Of a stretch of DNA of 64,000 nucleotides, positions 51,992-60,669 are shown piece after piece (the stretch's first letter is position 1; every line of letters begins with the position of its first letter). Below the pieces are notes generated by a model. That model searched no databases. It was not told the origin of the DNA and saw only the letters and a program-made list of their open reading frames with translations. A program made the position numbers and the translations under genes. This DNA is from a virus, in IMG/VR virus record IMGVR_UViG_3300032132_000001, positions 106,573-170,572 of that record. One strand, written 5' to 3'.

Positions 51992-52738
51992 ATGCCTTTG
52001 AAATCGAACGAGAAGAAAGTCCTAAAAGCAATTAGCAGCATGCTAAGCCACGACCTCTTAGGTTTGGATGTGCATGAAGGTGAGGAGACTTCTCACCACT
52101 CACAATTTAGATGGGAAGAGATTGCAAGCGCATTCCGATTGAAGTGTGCAAAATCCCCATACTGTGAGTCTATGGCTGCTGCATTCCGCAAAACTCATGA
52201 CTACAAATATATTGACCATCCAACGTTCAAGTTGGCTATGGAAGCAGATATGCGTAGTATGGGTTTGCCACGTCACGTAATCGAGCAGGCGCTTGGATAC
52301 GTAGATGGCATCGTGAATGAGCTGAAAGAGAGTATGCCTTCCGAGAAAGATGCCGGTTGGCCTGACATGGACGCATTGCACGATGTTACCACTATGGCAC
52401 ACGATCGCAAGCCGAAGGCCGAACAGCCCTTCACTGGTGGTGGTCCGAGCCCAGAAGGTGATAAGCGCAAGCTGAAGATGGAAAGCCGGCGTAAAAGGAT
52501 CCGCGTTTCCAGAATCCTAGACGAAGGATTATTGGAACCTCGACAGGCTATCAAGCGGCTTATGGGTGAGATCAAGGGTGTTTCTGATCCTAGTCAGCTG
52601 AAAGACCTAGAGAAAGCTGTCCAGCGCTTGAATGATATGGTCCCACCCCAGAGGGGTAATGAGGACTTCTATGGCGCCTGCGATAAAGCCCGGACCTTAC
52701 TCCAGAGAAAGAAGAAAGCTCTAGTAGCCCAGGTGTAA
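51992..52738 (+). CDS. hypothetical protein
   Basis: 248-aa ORF in a plus-strand island. Confidence 0.4.
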   Translation: MPLKSNEKKVLKAISSMLSHDLLGLDVHEGEETSHHSQFRWEEIASAFRLKCAKSPYCESMAAAFRKTHDYKYIDHPTFKLAMEADMRSMGLPRHVIEQALGYVDGIVNELKESMPSEKDAGWPDMDALHDVTTMAHDRKPKAEQPFTGGGPSPEGDKRKLKMESRRKRIRVSRILDEGLLEPRQAIKRLMGEIKGVSDPSQLKDLEKAVQRLNDMVPPQRGNEDFYGACDKARTLLQRKKKALVAQV

Positions 52739-53145
52739 TGCTTCTCTCTGAGCTTCACAGCACCTATGTAGATGATAGCCGATTTATCCCAAAACTACCA
52801 ACTGTAGTGGGAAATCGAGCTGCTGTGATGCAAGACCCTAACCGCCCCGAACCCCTCGGCACTCAAACCGGGGATAGTAGCGAACTTGGGATGCGGTCAG
52901 GAAACCAGTACGCCATGCCAGCCAACCGAGGAGACGGCAAATTCTTCCAGCATGGCCCTCAGGACGCTGAGGGGATTGCCAGCCGGCGTCCGGTGAAGGT
53001 AAGCTCTGTAGAAGGAGAGCCTTCGGACGAGTTTCAGGGCGATTTTGACGACGATGAAGAACCCGAGGACGACCTTGCTGGCATCCTGCAGGGAATTATT
53101 CAGAAGATGCAGACTACAAACACCGACAATCAGTTCTTCAATTAG
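52738..53145 (+). CDS. hypothetical acidic protein
   Basis: 135-aa ORF. Confidence 0.4.
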   Translation: MLLSELHSTYVDDSRFIPKLPTVVGNRAAVMQDPNRPEPLGTQTGDSSELGMRSGNQYAMPANRGDGKFFQHGPQDAEGIASRRPVKVSSVEGEPSDEFQGDFDDDEEPEDDLAGILQGIIQKMQTTNTDNQFFN

Positions 53146-53927
53146 CCGAGATATCCACGGCCGTTGCACTTCGGGCATTTCTGCCCTCCCACTCTCGTCC
53201 TACCAGTTGCGTTGCAGAACGTGCAATCCCTAGTTACACCATATGCTCCAGGGATTGGGGTATCATTGAGGCTTTTGAACCGGTCTAGCATCTCTTGTGG
53301 TGTCACCTTGATGATCGAAATCTCTGTCTGGCCAGTGTCGCCTTGCACTTTAGCTGGAATCTGAACAGGGATACCTTCACGACCGGGGACGATCTGGCTT
53401 TCTGTAATGAAGTCTACCGGCTTGGCTACTTCACCATCTTTGGTCTTGATTTCGCGATCAAGAGAATATTGTTGTCCTTGTTGACCGTTCCAGTTGATAC
53501 CTCTTGCTGCACCCGCACCGGCAGCCGATGTAGGTGTGTGGATGCCTCCCATCGCTAGTGCTTCAGATGATTTGATCTTCTCTACTGAGCCTGGCGCTAT
53601 TGGTTGTTTCGGTCGCCTTGCTGGTAGTTGGCGCTCCGGTTCTGGTTCCGGTTCGATTTCAGATGGGTGTAATGGTACATCACTCGGGTCAGCCAAGACC
53701 AACCCCATCTCCTTTGCTCTTCTGATGAGATCTTCCTTTTCTTTATCGATTGCGCTCTTTTCACTTATAAGCGATCCTGCAGCTTTCTTTACGGCCTTTG
53801 GAGTGGCCATATCTTCACAGTTTTCGCAGACAGCCACTCGATACTTATTACTCTCGATTGTGACGTTCATTACCGTATCTAAAGAGCGGGTCGAATCGCA
53901 GAAGACGCATTTCTTTGAGAAATCCAT
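53142..53927 (-). CDS. DnaJ-type zinc-finger protein, paralogous C-terminal module to 46035..47777
   Basis: DRFKSLNDTPIPGAYGVTRDCTFCNATGRTRVGGQKCPKCNGRGYLG. The ATG at 53927 overlaps the divergent gene in a CATG palindrome. Confidence 0.45.
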   Translation of the reverse strand: MDFSKKCVFCDSTRSLDTVMNVTIESNKYRVAVCENCEDMATPKAVKKAAGSLISEKSAIDKEKEDLIRRAKEMGLVLADPSDVPLHPSEIEPEPEPERQLPARRPKQPIAPGSVEKIKSSEALAMGGIHTPTSAAGAGAARGINWNGQQGQQYSLDREIKTKDGEVAKPVDFITESQIVPGREGIPVQIPAKVQGDTGQTEISIIKVTPQEMLDRFKSLNDTPIPGAYGVTRDCTFCNATGRTRVGGQKCPKCNGRGYLG

Positions 53928-54327
53928 GACCAAGCCTCGCGTTCACGTCGTCAAAATTGATCTAGACATAGATTTAGATGAAGAGATCAAGAAGGCAACC
54001 GCAGTGTCCGATGAAATAAAAGTCCATATTAAAGGCTTCTTAGAAGAGAAGCAGATGCGCCGCCAGGAGATCTCAAAGAGAGTCAAGCCGACTCCCAAAG
54101 AATGGCTTCCGAAGATGGACCGACTTTTCGACGCCCTCCAGAAAGCTGGAGACGGCGCACTGAACAAAGACGAGATGGCACAGACCATTGACGTGCCACC
54201 CAACGAGATCGGACCGATCATCCAGCGGTTCAAGTCTTACCTCAAAGCCGAAAAGAACAATGATTGGCACCTAGAAATCAAGGTGCGCTCCAAAATACGT
54301 ACTTATCGGCTACGCAAGCTAATCTAA
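53926..54327 (+). CDS. hypothetical protein
   Basis: MTKPRVHVVKIDLD... The internal start of ORF 53494..54327. Confidence 0.4.
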   Translation: MTKPRVHVVKIDLDIDLDEEIKKATAVSDEIKVHIKGFLEEKQMRRQEISKRVKPTPKEWLPKMDRLFDALQKAGDGALNKDEMAQTIDVPPNEIGPIIQRFKSYLKAEKNNDWHLEIKVRSKIRTYRLRKLI

Positions 54328-55008
54328 ATTCTTCACAATACCGCACAGAAGTTCTATCTGACGATAGAAGTCCTTCTTGCGCTGCTCGTCTTCTAGATTC
54401 CTAGGGGACGGGTGATGTATGGCGAATACTTTCACGCCATAGACATCAGATCGAGATATTCGGCCTCGGCGATCTGAATATCTCTGCCCTGGGCAGAGCC
54501 GCTCGAACGCCACTGCGCCCAATGTGACTACCAACTTGGGTCGCATGATGCGGATTTCCATCCGCAAGTAGGGCTCACAAGCATCTGACTCATCAAGGGC
54601 CGGCTTTTCGTTGCTAGACGTGGCACACTTGACGGTGTTTGTGATATAGAAGCTGTTTCTCTTGACTCCGTGCGCTCTCACAGCCTTATTGAAGGTCTTC
54701 CCAGCTTCTCCGACGAAAGGAAGGTCCTCGTGGCACTCGTCGTAGCCTGGGTTTTGACCTATGATCATAACCCGGCTTGGCAGCATGTTACTAAAGACGC
54801 GATGGTCTTTTACCTGCTCGCCACGAATAGTCGGCTGTCGCATTCCTAAACGACACATGGTGCAGTCTTTGCACATGTCCCTTAGGGGCCTGAGCATCAC
54901 TAGGGCATCTTGGGCTCGCTTCTCTAGATGAGACACAGCAACCCAATCCCAGCGCCGGAAAGTGCGCTCAAAATAGTCTTTATCAGGATCATACTTCTTC
55001 AGGCGCAT
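54319..55008 (-). CDS. uracil-DNA glycosylase superfamily protein (family 4/5-like, Fe-S)
   Basis: IGQNPGYDE...PFVGEAGKTFNKA motif A, HPSPRN motif B, Cys cluster CKDCTMC. Confidence 0.7.
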   Translation of the reverse strand: MRLKKYDPDKDYFERTFRRWDWVAVSHLEKRAQDALVMLRPLRDMCKDCTMCRLGMRQPTIRGEQVKDHRVFSNMLPSRVMIIGQNPGYDECHEDLPFVGEAGKTFNKAVRAHGVKRNSFYITNTVKCATSSNEKPALDESDACEPYLRMEIRIMRPKLVVTLGAVAFERLCPGQRYSDRRGRISRSDVYGVKVFAIHHPSPRNLEDEQRKKDFYRQIELLCGIVKNLD

Positions 55009-55447
55009 GCTTTTGCCGTAGCTTCTTTCGGCAGTCTGAGCACAAAAGAGTTCCTGTCATCACTGGTTCTGCTAAACCTGGGATCGGCGTAAACACAGCC
55101 GCTCCTCCGCATTCTTCGCAGATTTCCATCGATTTCCGTCCAGCTTCTGCTATTATCTCTCGGAGGTTTTCTAATATCTCTTTACTCGCTTTACACCTGA
55201 TGTAGATACGCAATGTGCAGAACTTCTGTTTCACCTGCACAATTCTTACTTTAGATAATCCTTCATCTACAACAGATAGGTAGTCGTGCATCTTCTTGGA
55301 AGTTTCCCAAACGAGATCATGCCAACCGTCTCCGACACAGACCCCACATCGGACATCTTCATATAATTGAGGGAAAGCTTTCTGAAGCTTTCCATAGAAT
55401 AGATTCTTTTCAGGATCTAAGTAATCAGGGACTCTTCCGCGTCTCAT
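54989..55447 (-). CDS. hypothetical Cys-rich protein
   Basis: 152-aa ORF. Confidence 0.35.
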   Translation of the reverse strand: MRRGRVPDYLDPEKNLFYGKLQKAFPQLYEDVRCGVCVGDGWHDLVWETSKKMHDYLSVVDEGLSKVRIVQVKQKFCTLRIYIRCKASKEILENLREIIAEAGRKSMEICEECGGAAVFTPIPGLAEPVMTGTLLCSDCRKKLRQKHAPEEV

Positions 55448-56375
55448 GCTTATTAGATACGATCTTAGTCAAGCGATTTAGACAGGATGATACACACATG
55501 AGATCATCGTGTTGAGCTAAGCTGCCCACACAATAGATACCATCTTTCTCAAGGTAGTCCAGATTGGGAGGTGGGCCAAGAGGGAAAGCGTTAGAAATAG
55601 AAGTGTGATTCACACTTTGGAAGTCATCTACAAACGCGTGGAGTACCGCATCGTTGAGCCAGGAGAAGGATTCAAAGACGAAATCGACAGGAGAATAACG
55701 AGATACCTTGTAGAACGGAATCTCTTCATCTGCTACATGCACGATATACGATTCTTCGAAATCTAACGATTTGGTTGCGATATGTCTATAGTAAACATCG
55801 TTAGACTTAAACGAAAGATCATATTCACACCATTTATTTAAAACATCTAGCGGCACTGTGCTGATTATATTTTCATATTCTAACACGCCACCATCGAGCA
55901 GCCTTATAAGTCTGTTGATTGGATCAATAGATGCTATGCCGCCATAGCCTTCATTGTTTTCTGTTAGTTCCTTCATGTACCTCTTTTGAAGCCTCTGGTA
56001 CACATCTTGGGCGCTGACACCGTACACGAAACGTTCAAGCTTCATGAGGTCTTTAGCGATCGGGTGCATATCTTCGCCATAGACCTTGCTAAGATAGGTC
56101 TGAATGGCAAGAGGGGAACTAAAGAAAACGAGAGAGCCGCTCAGAGATATTGCATTTTGGACCATATAGGTCATCGAATGCGGAGCAACGTCCTTGATAA
56201 ACGGCTCAATTTCAGGGTGAGCTATAATATAGTTGTCGGCCAATGGTGGGTTGAAACTATAAAACAGGCTTTGCCCCATAGGGATGATTTCCCAATCGGG
56301 GCACATAACCTTGGCCGCGAGAGCAATCAGCCCTCCGCCTAGGATATAGTTCTTAGACTTCAAAGGTTCCGGCAA
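55425..56375 (-). CDS. FAD-dependent oxidoreductase, UDP-galactopyranose mutase-like
   Basis: N-terminal dinucleotide-binding motif NYILGGGLIALAA. Overall Glf-like length and pattern. Confidence 0.4.
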   Translation of the reverse strand: MPEPLKSKNYILGGGLIALAAKVMCPDWEIIPMGQSLFYSFNPPLADNYIIAHPEIEPFIKDVAPHSMTYMVQNAISLSGSLVFFSSPLAIQTYLSKVYGEDMHPIAKDLMKLERFVYGVSAQDVYQRLQKRYMKELTENNEGYGGIASIDPINRLIRLLDGGVLEYENIISTVPLDVLNKWCEYDLSFKSNDVYYRHIATKSLDFEESYIVHVADEEIPFYKVSRYSPVDFVFESFSWLNDAVLHAFVDDFQSVNHTSISNAFPLGPPPNLDYLEKDGIYCVGSLAQHDDLMCVSSCLNRLTKIVSNKHETRKSP

Positions 56376-56784
56376 TTACGGGATTCTGGAAGACATCGCA
56401 GGTGTTTTGGTACACCTCTTCTTGAGTGTCTTGAGTATTGTCTTCTAGAATCTGTTGTAGCTCAGCTTGAAGCTCAGTCGGCGGCGTGGTGTTGACCAGA
56501 TCTACTACTTTGTCTCTGCCGATGTTACAGGTTTCGCAGCTGACGAAGACCGACTCATCTTCCATGGCACAATTTTCCATGGAAAACTCGATCAATTGAG
56601 CGCAACCAGGGCAGGTCGTGTGCCACTTGGTCGCATGGACATATTCTCCGTCCTTATCTCGTCCAAAGCCGTCTTCATCTTGGCCCGACCACTCGACTGG
56701 TCTGGCGTGTAGTACTTCCTTATTGATCTTCACTTCTAGTAGATCGTACGGCAGTTTCGACTTCAGCAGTTCTAACATAATCAC
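56353..56784 (-). CDS. hypothetical Cys-rich protein
   Basis: 143-aa ORF. Confidence 0.35.
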   Translation of the reverse strand: MIMLELLKSKLPYDLLEVKINKEVLHARPVEWSGQDEDGFGRDKDGEYVHATKWHTTCPGCAQLIEFSMENCAMEDESVFVSCETCNIGRDKVVDLVNTTPPTELQAELQQILEDNTQDTQEEVYQNTCDVFQNPVIAGTFEV

Positions 56785-57217
56785 GCCTAGTCTCCTTGAC
56801 TTTATCCGAAATCTCGTTATAGCATTTGCTATCTAGTTTTAGATCTAGGACATTCTTATCTACTTCTAGGTTGTACTGGACTTCGTCGGTGTTGGGGTTT
56901 GTTCCAGGCGGCGTAGAGACCCGGACCTTGGAGAATATGAACCAGATGTACTCAAAATCGCCATGGTGTACTTCACCACACTGTTCACATTGGACTATGT
57001 GCGGATTGGGATTTAGATGATCGAGGCATCTTTTTACCATTTTGGCATGGCAGTCTTCGCACATGTCGAAATCGACTACTTTACCCATATTATTGGTAGC
57101 TTTTACGCTCTCACGCACAAGCACCATTTGACCTTCTATAGAGTAATAGGTGAAGTCTCGTTTATATTGATTACCACATGTGTCGCATAGAATGCCATCA
57201 GTTTCTCTGAGGAGCAT
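56720..57217 (-). CDS. hypothetical Cys-rich protein
   Basis: 165-aa ORF. Confidence 0.35.
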   Translation of the reverse strand: MLLRETDGILCDTCGNQYKRDFTYYSIEGQMVLVRESVKATNNMGKVVDFDMCEDCHAKMVKRCLDHLNPNPHIVQCEQCGEVHHGDFEYIWFIFSKVRVSTPPGTNPNTDEVQYNLEVDKNVLDLKLDSKCYNEISDKVKETRRDYVRTAEVETAVRSTRSEDQ

Positions 57218-57219
57218 TA

Positions 57220-59805
57220 TTAGACTCTTTCAAGGGGGATGCAAATGGTGTTTTTCCGGAGATTGAAACTCCGATACTTTTCATTCCAATTAACTTTCAT
57301 TCGGAGACCAATGCCTGGGTCGAACACCTCGTCCCCATTATTTTGCCAGGCATCGCTCCACACCATGACTTTGGCGCTCTCCACTCCGTCAGTCACGATC
57401 AGTTGGAGGAAAGTAGAGCTGGCCCCTTGACGCTCCTCTCTTTCCTCAATCACCACTTCTAAGGTCTCATGAGACCTAGCATAGTTAATAGAACATCCAT
57501 CATGCTTGAATTGATCTAACGGTGAGTTCCAATAGAACCCTAGGAAACTTTTCTCGAATTCTAAGATCTCAGTGAGAGTATAATCAAACTCAAACAACTG
57601 CATCACATGCTTGGACTGGATGACGACTTTGTTTGAAGTCTTGTACTCTTCTGCTGCTTCATCGTCCAATCTGAGCTGAGACAGGTCCTTTGCTACTTTG
57701 TCCCAGAAACCTTCATCGCCTGGGCTGCGCCGTTCCAGAATGGTAGTCTCTTTGCCCACTTTCTCAACGAACAAGACTGCATTCTCTAACACATTGAATC
57801 GAGGTTTGTCGATTGGTAGTGTGGGGACCCAGTTGGTGATCTTTACTGGTACCTTCGTCCTGTTCGGGTATTCTTTGCGCCATGCGCGCTCTTTCCGCAG
57901 CCGCTCTTCTTGGATCTCTTCGTTGGTCCAGCAATAACAGCACCGAATCAGCCGTCTCAGGGCTGTCATGTAGGTGCCAGACCCGTGCTTGTATAGGTAC
58001 CACATCCACAAGGCTTTCTTGTTGTCGTGCTTGGCTCGGAAACCACCAAGCTTGATCAGCCGTTCAAGTACCGTTTTGCTTTTGCCGTGTCTCTCTACGA
58101 AGTGGTCCAAGCTGTCGTACGGACCCTTCCCGGAGAACTCTTTTGCTGCGCTTTCTCCGATGCCCTTCACGCCCATCAGACCGGGAGTGACGTGATCACC
58201 GAGAACTGTGAATTTAGTGGTCAGCTTGTCACAGTGCATATCTGTGAACTCTACGCCCTCTGCACGCGCCACACTCATATACCGCTTCAGCTTTTCTGAG
58301 TGACAGTCGGACATCACTGCTGCCCACCACTCTGCTGGGAAGTGTGCCTTCAACCAGATGCAGCGATAAGCGATGGTAATGTAAGCGCTCACGTGGCTGA
58401 CGTTGAAGGCGTAGCGACCGAAGGTGACCATCTTCTCCCACCATTCTTTGGCGCTCTCTTCTCCAAGCGTTTTGGATGCTCCGCGCAGCCACTTCTCTTC
58501 GATTGGTACTAGTTTCTCAACCCACTTTTTGGCGACTGCTTTCCTGGCTGCTTCTGCCTCGGGCGCTGTGAAACCCGCGAGCTTCCGCCAGATAGTAGCA
58601 AGCTGCTCTTGATAGACGATTACCCCGTACGTGTCTCCCAAGATGTCGATGATTCGCTCATCTTCACCGTCCATCCACTTGCTTTCGTCGATTCGCTCAC
58701 CGGTCTCACCATCTACTCTCACCTTGCCGTCCCGGCGCGCGATGTACACGTCTACCATGGGTAGTGGGCCAGGGCGACCGAGAGCTGAATAAACGACGAG
58801 GTCCTTGAATTCCTTTACCCCGCCTTTCTGGATGATCGACTTAGATAGTTCAGTCTCGAACTGGAAGATAGAGTCTACCTGCACTCGATCAGCTGACTGG
58901 ATGGCTTTCTCATCGTTGAACAAGATGGGGTGGTCGCCCTTCTCATCTTTCTGCCATCCAGCACGATCTACGTCTGGGTCCATGTCTTCCCAGTCGATTT
59001 CGATGCCCCGGTTCTCTTTGATGAGGTTACAAGCTGTCCAGATGTACAGGAGATTCTTCAAGCCGAGGAAGTCGAACTTGATAAACCCAAACTTAGACAG
59101 CTGTGTATTACGACCTTCTGTCCAGGCGGAGGTCCAGACATCGTTACTCATAGTGAGCGGAAGGTGGTCCCGCACTGGGACGCTGGAGATGATCAGACCG
59201 CCAGCATGTCTCAGCTGGGTCTTGATCATGCCCTTCATCCGATAGGCGATATCTACTAGATCTTTATTATCTTCATAGAATTTCTTGAAAGCCTCAAACT
59301 CATCCAAGGCTTGTTTCAGCGTCAGATCATCAAACGCCTGAGGCAGCTCTCTCGTCAGAGCTATTGACTTATGTCTATCATAGCCGAGAGCAGGAGCAGC
59401 ATCTTGCAACGCCAATTTCGGGCCATAAGTCTGCCAAGCCCCGACTGCACATACTTTATCAGCACCATATTGCTGAATCGCGAATTCCCGGACAGGCCCG
59501 CGCGCATGGGGGAGAAAGTCAATATCGATGTCCGGGAAGTCAGGCTGATACTGAATGTTATGCTCTATACCTTCAGCTATTGGGTCTATCCTAGTGATGC
59601 CCAGCAACCAAGGGAGAACCAGCCCGTTGTCGTTGTGATCGAAGGTCTTCTCTGCATTGAGTAGTTCTACCCAATAATCAGATGCACCTTGCTTGTTTAT
59701 TTCTTTGAATTCGAATAATAGACGGTCTTTATATTCCCCGTCTAGCTTCCTTTTGAGAAGCTCTTGTGCAGCTCTCTTCTGCACATCTGCCCACTCTATG
59801 CTCAT
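57220..59805 (-). CDS. dnaE: DNA polymerase III alpha (DnaE-type) C-terminal fragment: catalytic palm/fingers onward
   Basis: PDFPDIDIDF catalytic Asp motif. GFIKFDFLGLKNL ~ E. coli LVKFDFLGLRTL. RPGPLPMVD ~ RPGPLQSGMVD. Confidence 0.75.
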   Translation of the reverse strand: MSIEWADVQKRAAQELLKRKLDGEYKDRLLFEFKEINKQGASDYWVELLNAEKTFDHNDNGLVLPWLLGITRIDPIAEGIEHNIQYQPDFPDIDIDFLPHARGPVREFAIQQYGADKVCAVGAWQTYGPKLALQDAAPALGYDRHKSIALTRELPQAFDDLTLKQALDEFEAFKKFYEDNKDLVDIAYRMKGMIKTQLRHAGGLIISSVPVRDHLPLTMSNDVWTSAWTEGRNTQLSKFGFIKFDFLGLKNLLYIWTACNLIKENRGIEIDWEDMDPDVDRAGWQKDEKGDHPILFNDEKAIQSADRVQVDSIFQFETELSKSIIQKGGVKEFKDLVVYSALGRPGPLPMVDVYIARRDGKVRVDGETGERIDESKWMDGEDERIIDILGDTYGVIVYQEQLATIWRKLAGFTAPEAEAARKAVAKKWVEKLVPIEEKWLRGASKTLGEESAKEWWEKMVTFGRYAFNVSHVSAYITIAYRCIWLKAHFPAEWWAAVMSDCHSEKLKRYMSVARAEGVEFTDMHCDKLTTKFTVLGDHVTPGLMGVKGIGESAAKEFSGKGPYDSLDHFVERHGKSKTVLERLIKLGGFRAKHDNKKALWMWYLYKHGSGTYMTALRRLIRCCYCWTNEEIQEERLRKERAWRKEYPNRTKVPVKITNWVPTLPIDKPRFNVLENAVLFVEKVGKETTILERRSPGDEGFWDKVAKDLSQLRLDDEAAEEYKTSNKVVIQSKHVMQLFEFDYTLTEILEFEKSFLGFYWNSPLDQFKHDGCSINYARSHETLEVVIEEREERQGASSTFLQLIVTDGVESAKVMVWSDAWQNNGDEVFDPGIGLRMKVNWNEKYRSFNLRKNTICIPLERV

Positions 59806-60218
59806 GCACTTTCAGATACAGACGCTTTGGTGAGCTTCGAAAGATCTTCAATCGTGGGATTTTTCTTTACCAACTCAGCAGAGAAACCAGGCACCGAATC
59901 CAGAATCGTTCGGATCTTTTTCACGGTTTCTTTGTTTTTCTTTGGTTCGTTATTCCAAACCATGCCTTCCTGCGTCTGGGTGCGCTGAAGCATGCCGTAG
60001 ACATATGGGTTGGCCACGTTGATTTGAATGTGCGATTCAGATAGTTCCACGATAGCACAAAGCGCATACTCAACGGCCCTAAGCTCTGCTTGGTTTTTGG
60101 TACACTCATCTAGGGCAAGCACGTTGCGGTGCACACCCTTTTCGCATTCTAGGAAGGCTCCGATGCTTGTGCCTTCACCCGTCTTGGTGTACCCGGTTGT
60201 GTATACTGCTATGTTCAT
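59802..60218 (-). CDS. RNase H-like fold protein with non-canonical active site
   Basis: Pattern IAVYTTGY...TKNQAELRAVEYAL...INVANPYV aligns to RNase HI. The conserved Asp positions read T and A/N. Confidence 0.4.
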   Translation of the reverse strand: MNIAVYTTGYTKTGEGTSIGAFLECEKGVHRNVLALDECTKNQAELRAVEYALCAIVELSESHIQINVANPYVYGMLQRTQTQEGMVWNNEPKKNKETVKKIRTILDSVPGFSAELVKKNPTIEDLSKLTKASVSESA

Positions 60219-60669
60219 CGTTGGCCTCCGTATTGGTCACCATATTTACATATGGCTTCACCCTACGAAACTTCGTACCATTATGTTGCTCTATCTTGAG
60301 GAAAAGAGCATTTACAAGATCAATAGCTGCTCTTTTCCCTCGGAGGCCCTTCAGAGATCTAACATAACCAAGCCCTTCCACCGGATCAGCATACCACTTA
60401 AGATTGTTACAGTGGTCAACTACGGCTTCGGCAATCCACAGCATGGGGAGATAGGCGATTTCGTTCAAATCGTCCCGGACTGTATTTAGATGCTTAACAT
60501 CTCCAGTTTCTACAAATTGAAGGTAGGCATCGCATACATCAGGCCATTTGAAAGCTAGAATATCTCCACGGCTGCCGAAAGTCCCAGCCATACCGGCTTG
60601 GGTTGCCATAGAATGCTTAGCTTCATTATGAAGCGTGTGCAGGACTTCAAGCACTTTGTCGTCGATCAC
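60175..60669 (-). CDS. hypothetical protein inside the dnaE split
   Basis: 164-aa ORF. Confidence 0.35.
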   Translation of the reverse strand: MIDDKVLEVLHTLHNEAKHSMATQAGMAGTFGSRGDILAFKWPDVCDAYLQFVETGDVKHLNTVRDDLNEIAYLPMLWIAEAVVDHCNNLKWYADPVEGLGYVRSLKGLRGKRAAIDLVNALFLKIEQHNGTKFRRVKPYVNMVTNTEANDEHSSIHNRVHQDG

